Shown here: piece after piece, positions 35,837 to 49,418 of the stretch
How positions within the stretch are numbered: the stretch's first letter is position 1
How the letters are laid out: every line of letters starts with the position of its first letter
NCBI GenBank assembly: GCA_036172245.1
Contig: JAYWIR010000007.1
Span: 4,588,001 to 4,652,000 of the forward strand
DNA: 64,000 bases
Origin: Raillietiella orientalis
Lineage: Eukaryota
Reading direction: 5' to 3'
The notes under the pieces: generated by a model
The model's database searches: none
The model's input: only the letters and a program-made list of their open reading frames with translations
Told to the model about the DNA's origin: nothing
Made by a program: the position numbers and the translations under genes

Positions 35837-36729
35837 TTTCTTTCGTTCTTACGTTTTCTCCCTTTTGCGGGGGAAGAAGAAAGGAATTTCGCTATGACGC
35901 TGAGTGCATCGTTTAAGGATCGCTGTCTCTCTAGCTTGAAGAAGAAGAAAGAAAGGGAAAAAAGGAGAGGAGGAGGGAGGGAGTGGTAAATTCGTGCAGT
36001 TGCGCCGGGAGCCGCTGGCTGTACAGGGCCTCTACTACCATTTCGATTTCACCTTCGAGGGTGCTTCGTCGCCTCGACGGCTGGTTCCTGGTGCTCAGCA
36101 ACAAGCCCGGGACCATCCTCCGCACGTTCATCCAGCGTTTCAAACGTGTCGACCACATGTTGCGGTGCGACGGAGAATTTCTCCTCCAGGCGGGTTCCGC
36201 GTTTGTGGGATGAACACCCTTACATTGTAATACTTTGTGAAGAGCGACATTGATCCACGGAGGTCGCGTGGGACAACCGGGCCCTCGCATCGCGTGCTCA
36301 AAAAGATGGGCCTCCACCTCCGAGACTGGGCTGCTGCTACGACCTGAGCCAGGGAATTCCCAGTTCGTCTTCGGAAAGGAGGGAGGGGGAACCGGAATGC
36401 CGGTCCTCGCAGCGTTTTTTGGGGGTACCCAGAATTCGTCGCGAGGACGTTCGCGCGAAGAGGCAGGCAGGCAGGCAGGTACGAGTTCCTCCACCGAAAA
36501 CGTCGACGCCATCGCAGGCGCGCGCAAGACGGCGGCGGGGGAGGGGGGGGATTCCCAACAAGAGCGCCCAATTTTCCTTCGTTCTTACGTTTTCTCCCTC
36601 TTCCGGAGGACGAAGAAGAAAGGAATTTTGGCTATGATTCTGAATGCATCGTTTGAGGGTCGCTGTCCCTCTAGCTCGAAGAAAGAAGAAAGAAAGAAAG
36701 AAAAAACAAAGGGGGGGGGGGAAGTGGTA
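35837..36729. repeat. Pair of ~155-bp diverged direct repeats (35837-35988 and 36573-36729) flanking ~580 bp
   Basis: Shared ttcgttcttacgttttctccct...gaagaagaaaggaattt.gctatga..ctga.tgcatcgttt.agg.tcgctgtc.ctctagct.gaagaa...agtggta. Confidence 0.88.
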
Positions 36730-36799
36730 CTTGGATTGGCATCCCAGCAAAATCCTGAATTCTCCTACTCCTCCTCGTCTCTTCTTCCGGATTGCGAGG

Positions 36800-39700
36800 G
36801 TCCTCCTTGTGAGTACTGAGAACGCAGAAGGGCAGGGCGGCTGCCGAATCGCAAGCGAGCCGGAGGAGAAGATTTGGGCGGCGGCTCGGCGCTGGAGAGG
36901 CAGCGGCGCGGACCGCGGCTTTCGAGAACCCCGGTCGCTCGCTGCGTGGGCGCTTCTCTCGACCTCGGAAGGCTCGGCCCAGGTCGCAGACACCCGGATC
37001 CACCTGAAGCAGTCTGCACCGGGCGTGCACGGGGACGTCCCCGGTCAAGCGTCCGTGTCTGGACAGGATGGAAAGGAAACTCCTCCCCCTCACCTTCCCC
37101 TCTGCGCAGCAGCAACAGCAGTCAAGTGGCAAACAGAGCCCAGCTGCTGAGTCCCGCAAGAAACAGATCGGCCGCTTTTTTTTCTTCTTCTTCTTTCTTT
37201 CCCGCTGCTTATTTCGAGGTGTTCGACCTCCTCCCCAGGGGCGATCGTGTCCAGTCTGCGTGAGCGAGGAACTTACAGGCGCGAAAGGGAGGAGCGAAGA
37301 ACCCGAGGAGGAACCAAACTCCTGCATCCCTCCGCTTCCTGACATCCCGAGGGGTACAGCAGCATCCCCCATCCTCCTCTCCTGGCTGGAGGAGGAATTC
37401 CGTCACGGAAGGGGGAGCGAACGCTCTTCTCTCTCCGCCCCCCTCCGGCTCTCCTCCGCGACCATCCAAGCCGCGCTCCACCCTCCTCCCCCGTGCTGCC
37501 CTCGACGGGGTTGCGCGCAGCGCCCACAGCGTCTCGCGTCCCCAGCGGCGCGCTCGGAGGGTGGGGTGGGTGCAAGGCCTCGGTTGGTTCCCTTCCGTTG
37601 AAGAGCATCCGTTGCTGGCGCCAGCGAGCGGATGGACAGCGGCGGCCGATTGCGACCTCTGCCTGGCGCCGCGCGCTCTTTCGGATCGCCAGCACTCTCA
37701 GCCCGCGCTCTCTTCCCGAGGCGAAATCTTCCCCCTCTTCCTGACCCCACGACGGCAGCTCGGCCGAGCTCTTCCCTTCATCCCACGTAATCCTCCATTC
37801 ACCGCGTGGTCTCTCTCCCCGTGGGTCGAAACGTGTTTCCAGCGCGCACACTGGCATCCGTTACCGGAAGTGAGCGATGCCCATCTCACGTGGTCCATGC
37901 AACCCACGCGCGTAGATACGTCCGTTTTGGGTGACGCGCGGTTTCCACGGAGCGTCATCTGTGTACAGTTCGTGAATAAAATTACGTAGCAACACGCACG
38001 CACATACGCACACGTATTTAACGCATACAAAAGTATGGCGTCAACACCAATACATAAATGTACGACTACATAAAATGCGTGCACACCCAAATGGAAATAG
38101 ACGTCGAGAAGACCGTGTGCCGGAACGCAACTCCGCTTACGTGTTCATACGTGTCGGCGTGCGTAAGCGCGGGATGAGCAAAGGTGGAGTGAACGTGCAT
38201 ACAGAAGAATGCGTGTGCCATAAGAACGCGAGAATCACGCGTGGTCCGGAAAGCCGGTCAACGTGAGGGCGGCGGCGGCGGAGGAGGAGGAGGAAGAGGA
38301 GGACGCATTTCCCTTTCGTCCTCCTGCCTGGACTTTCCGTTTCGCTGCCATCCCGACACCGTCCGCCGAGCCCCAGGGGCCCCCCTCGAAACGCGGCCGT
38401 CAGTGACGATGATCTTCGTCTTCGCTGCAGACGGGAACGGGAACTTTCCTTGCTTAGTCGGGCGCGCCCTGCTTTCTTCTCATCCTCGACGAAATTCGGG
38501 AATGCGTCTCTTCTTTTTTCCTACCTCCTCCCCCCCCCCCCTCCTCCTCCTCCTTCCTTTCCCTTTTTTGTTTATCCCTCGGCCGTGCTTTCCCGTGTCG
38601 CCGCGGCAGCACCTGCGCTCTTCGCTGCTCCTCGAATGGCAGCCGTGTGCGTCACCCACGTTCCCTTCGATTGGCACGTCCTCTGGCGCGCACGCGCAAG
38701 CGTCGAGAACGAGGAAGCTGGGAAGATGGAGGACGTAAGCACGTGTGGATCGTTTGAAAAATGAAAAAATCATTAAAGGTGCTTAACAGTAAGGACAGCA
38801 AACGTTGACACTGTGTATGTAAATTGTAAGTCTACTTCTACACGTGCATGGTATACTATTTTTGAATGCTTTTATTCCGCGTACGCAATTGTTGGTGTGT
38901 GAATTGCGCAGCAAGCAGTGTTTGCGCGTAAACACACACAGACACACACATATATGCTTCCTGCAGATGCAGAATGTGTGGGTGCCACGTCATTGTACGT
39001 TGTTGCGTCGCATTCTCATGAGTACATGTGCAGCGTACGTAAGAGCGAAAACGGCGTGCGTTAGGCACGGCTGCCATGGCGGCGCTTTCCATTTCGAACG
39101 GTCAAGCGGACAAGTGCGCTGCGAGACATGACGTCACGCGCTCCTCCTCGCGGGGGCCCTGCGCGCCGGGAAAGCGACCCACTTGCCTGGTGTCTCCCGT
39201 TGCGGCCCAGGGATCTTTCCTGGGCCGATCCCGGTCGGAAGGAAACGGGTTGGGACAGAGCTGGCATTCCTATGCTTCAGGGGAGAGCACGTAGCTTCCA
39301 GCAGCCCTTCGTTGTTCCTCTTGCCCACCGCGTTCGCGGAGATGCTTTCCTTCTCGGGAACTACTCCGTCGGGTGCGGATCCACCAGGGAATGTCCCGGT
39401 TCTTCTGCGGGCGGAGCTCCTTTGGGGCGCTTCCTCAAAGGGGACCGACTGCACGTATCCCTGTTTCCCGACGACCGCGTCCCACCTCGGAAGGTTGCCC
39501 GCCTTGCTGAGGGGGGCTTCGGCCGCTGCTCACCCCATTGGTCAGCTTTCCTCTCGATGCGGGAGACTCCCCCTTTTATCCTGCGGGGTCCCATCGGCCG
39601 CGAGCGAAGGTGAAAGCACCCTTTTCCCACCCCGACAGTGTGAGATGGATGCGAGCCGTCGGGGGAGTGGGCGGAACGGTCGGGGAGCGCGCGCACCCTT

Positions 39701-42700
39701 CCATCCTCATTCTTCCCAGGAAGCTTTTCGCTCGCAGGCTCGACTACCTGGAAATCAGGTGTTTGGCGAAGGGAAGGGCGATCCCCGCGGCGTCGAGCGT
39801 GAACCAGGGAGCGCCGTCGAAGCGTCCGTCGCAAAAGTCCGTCCCTGGTGCGACCCTCGCAGGAAGGGGGCTCGAGGAGGAAAGGAAGGGAGGAAAGCCG
39901 ACCAGGGTGATCCGTGCGGCTTTCGAACTGCATTCAGGGCCCCTTCCTCCCCCGCTCATCATCTCCCGAAGAGCATCCGGAATGAGCGCGAGTCGGCCGC
40001 CAATGTCCGTTCCGTCTGACTTCGGGGCAGGCGTCCTCGAAACCTTCCCCCCCCCCCTCCCCCCCACTTCTGCAAGGTATTGAATGCCGAACCGCCTCGC
40101 CTCTACTCTGCGGGTGTTTTCTCCCGTCCAGTCTCTTCCTTCGTGCGGCAGGTGGTCGCGAGGGAGCTCTGGGGACCGAGGGTGCGCGGAGGTTTTGTGC
40201 GTTTTCCGCCCTCCTTTTCCCCCTGCGGTGGCGTCTGCGAACCCGGAAGACCCTTCGGCGCTCCCGGCGTTTCCGGGAACCTTTCCCGAGCCTCGTTTCC
40301 TCTTTCCTATCAGCGAGGGAAAGGAAAGGAGGATTAAAAGCGCGCCGCCGCCCATGCGTGATGCCGGGGAAAGGGGGTGGCCCTGTGCTTCGGAGAGAGC
40401 GGGTGGCTGGTCGGAGCGGAAAGGAGGGGGTGGCGCAGGAGGAAACTGCACGCCACCCCGGGGCGGCGGACCGGCCGCTCTTTGCCGGGAAGAGGCGAAA
40501 CCGAAGCCCACCGGTTGGGGGCGCGCGGGACGCGCATGCGTCGGCGGCGGTCCATTGTTGGCAGCGGCGCGTCAGAGGCGGCCGCTCGCGCGTGCGCGTT
40601 CCGACCTCTCGTGCCACCGCCTTTGTTGCGTGCCTAATTATAGGGCCCGGCGAGTCGCCCCTCCGAGCGCCCCAGGAGTCGAACTTTCTGGAACCCTGGA
40701 CGAATGTTCCTTGGAACAGGTTTCCGTTGCACTAGGAAACGAAGGCGGGTCGACCGGCGCTTGCGAGGGGCAGGTCGTCTCCTCCGCGGGTGGAGGGGTT
40801 CGAATTTCGGTCTCGTCGCCGTCCAGTCGCGCGCCTCTTCCGCCCGGGGGCCGGGCGTCCGGGTGGAAATCTTCGTGTCCGAAGCGGAAAAACTTCGGCC
40901 ATTCGGTGGGCCGTGCTTTAACGTTCGGGACTGGGGAGTGCCGCGACAGCTCACCCGAAATTTCGAATTTCGTCCGAGTGAGCAGTGCGTTCTTCTCGTT
41001 TGAGGGATTCTTTGCAGAGAGCAAAACTTTTCGTCGGGCTGGACGGGAAAAGACGCATTTCGGCGGGGATGGAGGATCCTCCCGAGCCTGGCCTGCAGGA
41101 AGGCGCGGTTAGAGCTGGAAAGATTCCGCTTTGCTCTCGAGAAAAGGAGAGGAAGGGTCCAGCGAGACCTTCCGTCCTTCGCGAGAATCCAAGACTATCG
41201 AACGACTCCGGGTGAGCTCGGAGCGGATGCTGCTCTGTTCTGGAGCTGGCCGGAACCTAAGGACACATCCTCGGACACCGTCCGAAGAGGTGATAATGGC
41301 TCCTAGAGGAGGCCGAAGGAACGTACGGAGAGATGAGCCAGCGGAAGCGCACCGTCCTCCTCCCGAGACGCTTCCGCGAACAGCATCCGGCAGACCTTCA
41401 GCAGAGGATGCGTGGTGTAAGCGCGTAGGCTCGGCGTCACGTGATCCGCGTCGGCCCTCGGGCGAGACATGCGGAACGACGTCCTCCTCCTCCTCCACCA
41501 CACTCTGTCCCGGGATCCGCGTGCCTCGCCACTTTGTGTAGCGTGCCCACCCAGAACAAGCTTGCTGCTCCGCCTGCTCCTCCCCCGCAGGTCAGACTCC
41601 CACCTGCTGCCATGTCAGGACCCGACGGGTAAGGCGCCGCACCTGGCGCCATCTCGGTGAGCATTCCCTGCACTACCCTACCCTCCCGAGCAGTGCTGCC
41701 GCCGCCCACCGTCGTCTGCTCTTCGGCCCTGCCGCCTCCAGCAGCAACAGGTTGTTCGGACAGCCATCCCCTCCCTTCGTCCTCACCCGTGGCGGTGCCG
41801 CAGAGGCGTGGTTCCTTGGACGGAAGGCGGAAGGGATGAATCCATGGAGACGCGGGCAGAAGCTTCCCGCGACGCGAGGACGTCACTTTGACTCCGGAAT
41901 TTGCTGTCGCTGGCGCCGGTCAGGAGGTTCGCAGGCCCTGCCCTAACGGCGTTTCTCCATGCCATCCTCTCCAGAGGATGGACCGTTGGAGGCCGCCGGC
42001 AGGCGTTTCCGGAATCGCGGTTGGGGGGGGTCTGTCTTCGGGACGGGATTTCCGTTTTCTTTTGGAATCCAGGGCACAAGGAACCGAGAGCTCGGGGGAG
42101 GGGCGGAGAACGGGAAGAGGAAAGCCTCCGATCGCCTCGTAGACTGTTCGTGTTCCCTCTCCTGCTATTCCGGAGGCAGGAGAACCTCGCAGGAATGAAA
42201 CTGGGAAGCGACCGCCTGGTTGTTCGCTGTCCTTACCTGGTTCTCTGCACCTCTCTCTCGAGATACATCCACGCAAGTTCCGGCCCGCCGCCCGGCCGGA
42301 AGGACGTCCGCTCGTTCCGATTCCAAACCGTGCGCGCGCGCGTCTGGGCGAAGCGACTTATCGAGGCGCTGAAGGGACGATGGCCTCGGACGCCTCCCGC
42401 TTTGGTGACCCTCTCTGCCCAATCCGCTTCCCCGTTTCTTCCCGCTGTGCTGCTTCGACTCCGCACTCTGTCTCTTTTCTACTCCTCCGGTGCGAGGGGA
42501 CTCCAGTCGGTGGATGAGGCGGCAGTTGGCGACGGCAGCACGCGCGCTCGATTCCTTCCCCTGTGCGCTTGGCTTTTCGGGATGGAGAAGGGGGGAGGAA
42601 GGTCAGTGGACTTGGGGGGAAGCGCACTAAAATCGTCCCCACCGGAAGACTGTCTGGAAGGCTAAAATGGGCTTCCTGGACGTGAACGGGACTCGCGTTC

Positions 42701-43500
42701 GGCCAAGGAGGACACAGCGACCAAGTTGCCTCCCTCCCTGCACTCCCCCTTCTCTTCTCTCCCGGCATCCCCCCACCCCTGGGCATTTTCGAAATCTCAG
42801 TCGCGTTCACCGCTGCCGCCGCTGCTGGCGTCTTCGCCGTCGTCGCCCCTCGTGGGAGCGCACCGGGGTTCGCCGGCGGACGCCTTCGGTGCGGTCGCAC
42901 GTCGAGCACCAACAGCGTACCGAACGGCCGAGAAGCGAGACCGGAGGACAAGAAAAGGCCCTGCGGGAGGAAAGCTTCCGTTTGCCTGCCTCCGTGTAGC
43001 GAGATGCGAGCGACGTTTTTGAGGGAATGCGGGGCATCCTGCAAGCTGAGGCACTCCTGGAGTCGAACGCGCGCGCACGCGTGGAGAGACGGTGATTGCC
43101 CGCGAAAGGGAGCGGGGCAGGACGGCGGCCGGAAGTCAACAACACGATGCGAGGCGCGAGTTGTCCCCCATCGCGACCCTCCTCTTCTCCGCGTCCACAG
43201 TGGAACGAGCGGCGCTGAGATCCCCGCCCTCTGGAAGACGAGCCGGCCCTCGTCCTCCACTTGTGGCATTCGTTTCGCGCGCATCCCAGCGTATCCCCAC
43301 CGCCGCGACTGCGAGTCGGACTCCTCGCCGGCGGAAATGTCGGTCCGGTGGACGCGGTCGAGACCGACGGTACCAGCTCGGGCGCAAAATGGCCGGAAAG
43401 GTTAGAGGACGGAGGAGCATCTGGCTGCCCTCCCCCTCCCTCGATCGTGCTCATCTGGGCCGTCCCGGGAGGTCAAGGTTTGGCGTTCGCGCGTGACCGC
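36800..43500 (+). mobile_element. Copy F: very old L1/Tx1-like remnant interrupted by other sequence
   Basis: Ghost motifs in the expected order: EPEEKIW and VPGQ..SGQDG (ORF1, ~36860-37075); LCFRGEH, AGDSP, RRLDY (APE, ~39270-39750); SGPDG (~41615, RT start). Heavily eroded. Confidence 0.4.
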
Positions 43501-43938
43501 CTGCATTCTGGTTTTCATCCGTTCTTAAGATAGGCTACCTGGCAGCCACCACCTCCTCCTGAGGACCGTCTTCGCTCGCCGTTCGGAGGTCCGCACGTGC
43601 ATACGCGTGCGCGGCATGTATGTGTGCGTGCATGCTGCGCCGTGCGCACCCCCCCCCCCCCCCACTTGTCCCTTCCCCTCTGCTCGACGGCGGCGGAACC
43701 CGGGCCCCCTCCATTACCACCGCCGGGTCACAGCTCGGCAAAAGGACGGGAAAGGACGATGTGTTTTTTTTCCCTTCACGAAATGGCACGTCGCTTCGTG
43801 AAAAACAACAGAAGACGAAAAAAGAAACGGCGGAAGAAGCACGGCGAAAACGGATTTTGAACGCGACGTCGGAATTTTTTTTTTCTTCTTTCAAAACGAA
43901 GACTGCTCGACGCGGCTGTCGAACTCGGAAAAAAAAAA

Positions 43939-43960
43939 ACACACACACACACACACACAC
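43939..43960. repeat. (AC)11 microsatellite
   Basis: Read directly from the sequence. Confidence 0.93.
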
Positions 43961-44509
43961 AGACACAGACGCACGCGCGCAACATGAAAAAAAAGGAGGC
44001 GCTCTCGCGCGCAGCAGTGCTCGGCGGCGGCGGCGGCAGATTTGCATCCGATTTGCTCTTTCGTTTCACCTTCCCCCCCCTCCCTCTTTTCCTCCGCTCA
44101 CCCTTTCCATTGTTGTCCTCCTTCGACAATGCGTCGGGCGCACCTTTGCACATGTAGCTGCTGCTTGCCTGCGTGGCAGTGCCCATTCTTGCGCGCGTCG
44201 CGCCTCCCCCCCTCCTCCTCGTCCTCCGCTCTCTCTCTCTCTTCCCCCCCCCCCTTTTCCTCCTCCATTTCAACATTTAAACACCATTGTTGAGGAGGAG
44301 CAGAGACGCTCTGCGGAAGAGTGCCGGAGCTCTCCATTGTTTCCCTACGGAGAAGCGTTCTGTGCCGCGCTGCTGCTATTTTAGGACGGCGACCCGTCGC
44401 CGCGGAAACTTCCACGGTTTCCCGGGGCAACTGGGTTTGCGCCGCACTCAAATGCACACGCCTAACACCGGCGTAGGGACTTTTTCCACGGTGGAAGAAT
44501 TCGTGCAGA

Positions 44510-44617
44510 ATGCCCGCAATGCAGATGAGTATTGCTGCAGGAAATAACTTCCCCCTGTCCCCCTCCCCTGCGCCCCACCCCCACCCCCCAACCCTCTTTT
44601 CCTTCTGCCAGAAAAAG
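44510..44617 (+). CDS. Candidate first coding exon of the downstream gene (MPAMQMSIAAGNNFPLSPSPAPHPHPPTLFSFCQKK)
   Basis: ATG-initiated frame ending at AAG|gtaaac in phase 0, compatible with exon 48399. Preceded by a CpG- and simple-repeat-rich, promoter-like region. Confidence 0.35.
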
Positions 44618-47600
44618 GTAAACTTTAGCACGGCTTCAATTTATTCTCATTTTTATGTACACTTTCTTTTGCTCCGCGTGAAGTTTCGCGCGCTTTCTTT
44701 TCTCTCTTCGGCTTTCCCTTTACGCTGAGAGCAGAGATCGTTTTTCCCAGAGATTTGCGCGTAATCAAAGAATCTCAAACAAAAGAAAATAAATAGCACG
44801 GTAAATATTTTCAAAGAAAAACGGCGACTACGCAGCTAAGGGGCACAAAACGGAAAAGGAATCGATGATGATGATGATGATGATGACCTTTAAAGGGACT
44901 GTGCCATGCAACGAAGAATTCCTTCAGCTGCTGACCCTTTTCTTGTTTGCTTTCTTCCCCCCCCCCCTCCCCCCACTTCTGCTTGTGGATCTTTTGGTCC
45001 CCGTCCGGCAGGATGACTCCTGACGTGTCCAGGACTTCCTCCTTCCCATCCGGAGGCCTTCCATGGCTGCGAACCTTCGTGGTTCCCGGTCCTGGCCGCG
45101 ATCTCCTGCCTTTTTTCCATCTGCTTGGCCGGAAAGGGAATTCGAATGAATTGTACAGTGAAATTGGATGGGGGGCATCAAAAGCAACCAAGTGAAACAA
45201 CTGTACAAACGGTACATTTTCTTTTCAAGGATAAGAGCTGAAAACAGTTCTTAGATGCGTCTGTGATGGTCCTATTTTTTTTTTTTTTTTTCTAGAAAGA
45301 AAAAAAAAAAAAAAAAAAACGTACGTCGTCGTCCTGGTTTTGCCGTGATGTTGTTCTTCACCATCTGTGTTCATCTTTCGTGCATAGGGCTTGCGCGTCC
45401 CTATTCCAGCTTTGGGATCGCCGTTTTGCAGAGTGCTTTAGAATTTCGAGTTATTGAATCCGTTTATCCTTCGGAAGCAAAAACTCCGATCCTCGCATTC
45501 TGAAGGGACTTTCCGAGCTTCGCACTGCACGAAAATGATGGATGGCGTCGCTGAAATGGCAGCATTTCTTCGTTTCGCGAGGTGGGGACCCCCCCCCTCC
45601 CTACGCGCGTGGATCCCCAGGACCATCGTGGAAAACTGGGTCTCGAAGTACCATTCGAGTCAGTACCCACTGAAATGAAAACCACGAGCTTGCTCTGGAG
45701 GCTGTCAGCTGTACGTGTGTACGCGCCCGTACACAAGTACATGTCGAAAAACACACCCATCAAATAACACGTGCAGGAGGAGACCTCCAAATAGTACTGC
45801 GAACACACTCAGTTTTCTGCTCGGGTCCCCCCCCCCCCCCGGTCCCACCCATAATATTCTAATGCAGTCTGGTTTATTATGCTGTTTACCATTTATCCGG
45901 ATGATTTAATCTATCACCATAAATGTACTGGCACGCAGTATTGCTACATGGTTCGAACGTCTACTGTACTCGAAAGCTCGCTTGTACAAGGTTCACCGCA
46001 AATGGTATGTACGTATTCCCTTTTGCGCGTGCGTGCGTATTGTTGTCGATTAAATAAATTCGTTGGCATAAATAAAACGAAACCATCCGACTTTCGGATC
46101 CGTACAATAAATGGCACACTTGAGCCTTCTTTTTTTTTAAAAAAAAAAAAGAAAAAAGAAGAAGAAAAAAAAAAGAACTCTGCAAGTTTTACGAAAGTCT
46201 GCGTTTTCTTGCGTACGTCCCGTTTTAATGTGTTCGAGGATTTCAAATCTCGGGAAAGTGTGTATGTGTGTATACACACACGCCATGGTGAATGGATGCT
46301 GAATCAGATCTCCCGGGGGACCACGGCTGACAACAATTACTCGAATACTCGAAATAGGGCGACGATAAGGTGCACATTATCTTGGCAGAGACTTCACAAA
46401 GGAGCCCCAGGGCGTATCTCTCCCGAGCACAGGCAGATTGGGAAACGCGAGCGGCGTCCGTCGCACGCTGCCATCGGGCGGAGAGGAACGGAGGAAGAGA
46501 AGATCTCGTAGTCAGCGTGCCACAGTTGGCAAGTGTGCCTGCCGTTGTGTGGTGGCAGCGAGTGGACGTGGTTTGCTGCTGTGCACGGTGTGTTCCGACG
46601 TGTACGAACCGACGCGCACCTCGGTGCGTAGGGGCCACCTGCTCACGTACGTTTTTTTTTTTCTTTCCCCCCCCCCCTCTCTCTCTCTCTCTCTCTTCCA
46701 GGTTTGTCTTTATGTACGTTTCTGCTCCACGGGAAATTGTCACTTTCGCCGTACGAATTTGCGATTTGTGTACACATTTTTCCCTCGTTCGAACGCTTTT
46801 CCGCCGTGGTATAAGAAATCAAGCAAGAACCTCACCTCCCCCCCCCCTCTCACCCCAGAAAAAAATGCTCCTTGCGGGGGAGGGGTAGTTGCTTTCTTTT
46901 TTGTTCGATGTACCCATCGGAAAAGACCGTTGCCAGTGTGTACGATCCCCCCCCCCCCCAGGCTTCTCCCAACTCGTACGGACGCTTGCTCCAGCCTTTT
47001 CGACGTCGTGGAAACTTCCAGGCAGGTTCGCGGGGGAGAAAGATCCCGTAACGTCGGCAGTTTGCGAGGCCTTCGTGGTCCCCCCCCCCTCCCCGCGGCA
47101 AGCTGCGTGGTCGCCGCCGCCGTGAATTTACCCTCATTTTCGGGCTGCTCGATTTTACGGATTTTCCATTGATCTGATGGGTAAAGTAAATAATTTATTT
47201 GCGCACGCAGTGTGAGGTGACGTAGACGGCGTAGGGACGAGAGACGGCGCGAACGCAGCGGCTCCCGCTGTTCCCCCGCCCCAGCGCGCGAGCGGGACCT
47301 GACCACTGGGCCCCATCATCCTATTGCACGGCGCCGGAAGTCCGTTGCCCTGCAGGCCAGGCTCGGTCTGCCGTGTTATCCGGACGAGGCGAGGCCCCAC
47401 GTTTCGGAAAGTGCCCTCTCCCCCCCCCCCCCACTTGCTGCCGCCCACGGCAGCCCTGTGCTAAGTGAATGACTAACGCAATGTGGCTGACACCGTACAT
47501 GTTTGTAGGTACAGCTCCCCAGCGAAGTAATGGCCATTTCAGTCGTACGATAGCACTTTGTCCGTCGAGGCTTCACATCTATGATTGTAAGTACGAGCAT

Positions 47601-48398
47601 GGTCGGTGTCCTTGCGTCGGGTCCTCTCCCGCGAGAGGTCCTCGGAAGCTGTGGTGATTGAGCGTTTGTTGTCGTTCCCTCGGCGCGTAGGGGACGCGCG
47701 CGCGTTTTCGGGGGTGTGTCCCTCCTCCTCCTGCGAGGCTTCCAACTTTGGGGGGGGGGGAGGAGGGGGCAATCAGCATGGGGGGGAGGAGAGAGAGAGA
47801 GAGAGAGGAGGGGGGGGGGACGAGCGAGCAAGCAAGCACGGCGCAGTTCCATGAGTCACTTTCTTGAGCTCGGAACATGAGTCTGGATGCGAAAGAGTTC
47901 CTCCGGACAGCAGCAGCAGCGTGCGGGGTCGGTCCGCCGACGGCAAACAATTGTGAAAGGCTGCGCGTCACTCGGTTCCGTGTCGAAATCCGCTATCGGC
48001 AGAAAGTGGGTCAATTCGCATAGCTGGCCATGGCGCCGGAGCGAACAAAACAGTTTTGCTGGGATTTGCGCTTTTTCGCTTGCCAAACTTTTGACATCCG
48101 CGAGGAATTTGCTCCATTTCCCTTTACCGGAACCTTCCCGGCGCCCTGGGTTCTGCCACGCTGGGGGGGGGGGGGCACCGAAATTTCAAGGGTGCTCCGC
48201 GGAGTGCGCTTCCGAAAAGGTGTTCAGAGTTGCTCCAAGACTTGAGTGGTGTGCAAAAAAATAAAAAAAAAAAAAAAAAAAAAGGAAAGAAAGGCCGAAA
48301 AAAGGAAAAAACTAAAAAATAAAAAAATCGAATCGCTTCGGAAGTTTCGTCGGTCTGAAATCGAGAATTTGTGTGACGCTCATTTCTCTCGTCACCAG

Positions 48399-48617
48399 GA
48401 TTGCCACAATGCAGGGGTACCTCTTCATCCTTCGAGCTCGCTTCGGACTTCATCGGACGATTTGCTGGTGGAATTGCTCAGTTTGTCAAAAGAAGCAGAC
48501 CAAAGCTCTTTAATGAAACCAGCAGCACCCAAACCTTTCAAAAAACGCTATTTGGAAGCCAGCCGGGATCCTTCTGATAAGAAATCCAAAGAAGACAGAC
48601 AGAGCCCCAGAAAAAAT
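48399..48617 (+). CDS. Internal exon of a putative nuclear transcriptional regulator (PKPFKKRYL motif; bobby sox/BBX-like non-HMG region)
   Basis: tttctctcgtcaccag acceptor and AAT|gtaggt donor, phase 0-0, 73 codons with protein-like composition (DDLLVELLSLSKEADQSSLMKPAAPKPFKKRYLE). Confidence 0.72.
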
Positions 48618-48712
48618 GTAGGTTCTTGTTTTGTTTTCCTTTCTTTCTTTTTTTCTTCTTTTTTCTCTCTCTCTCTCTCTTCTTTCCCTGCAGGGTTTCG
48701 ACAGCCCCGACA

Positions 48713-48734
48713 GTGTGTGTGTGTGTGTGTGTGT
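48713..48734. repeat. (GT)11 microsatellite
   Basis: Read directly from the sequence. Confidence 0.93.
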
Positions 48735-49343
48735 ACACTCCAAGTGACATCACACACACACACAATTCACTTTACGGAAATTTTTACCTCGTCTCGATTT
48801 TTGTGAAACAACGGATGTTTTTTCCCGCTGCTACCGAGTCTTTCGGAGCGAAAATGTACCGAAAAAAAAAACCATGGTATTAATTACGTAATTAATAGGG
48901 TGTACGAGTGTACACAATATGCTCAGTGCGGTCATGCCTCAGATTTGTTTTTGTTTTCCCGTCGTTGTTTCTTTCCTTCCATTTTTTTTTGTTTCGTCTT
49001 TTTAATATAGGAGCGTCGGTGGTGCTCGTGGAAAGCAGTAGGTTTTTCTTTTTCTTTTTCTTTTTTTAACTGCACATCAGGTTTTTTGACTGTGTTTCGA
49101 GCACACCGTTTCGGTGGAAGGACGTCTGCAGGGATTCCCCGAAAAGTGGGTTGGCTACCCTGCTTCCAGGCGGGATGAACGCGTGCGGTGCTTTCGAACG
49201 CCACCGCGGATGGCATCGGAGGGAGGGCTCAGGCGGAACCGAAAAGTGCACGCAGTCTTGAAAATTCGAGCATGGCGTGGATGCGCGACTTTCCGAGCGT
49301 CTTCGCAGCATCCCCTCTTTGGACCCCGAAGAATCGCTCGGTT

Positions 49344-49367
49344 GCTGCTGCTGCTGCCGCCGCCGCC

Positions 49368-49398
<31 letters not shown>

Positions 49399-49418
49399 AT
49401 GGTGATGATGGTGATGAT
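49344..49418. repeat. Compound trinucleotide microsatellite (GCT)n(GCC)n(GCT)n(GAT/GGT)n
   Basis: Read directly from the sequence; intronic in the gene model. Confidence 0.92.

Noticed and set aside
36140..36260. YYNVRVFIP on the minus strand resembling hAT transposase C-terminal sequence
   Set aside because: A single short motif with no other transposase remnants or TIRs.
15000..43500. Numerous long overlapping ORFs (e.g. 17249-18379, 19635-20789, 24843-26072, 26927-28144, 40084-41112) as protein-coding genes
   Set aside because: They are Pro/Arg/Gly/Ser-rich, open in several frames on both strands, and overlap decayed retroelement motifs. Stop-codon scarcity at high GC explains them.
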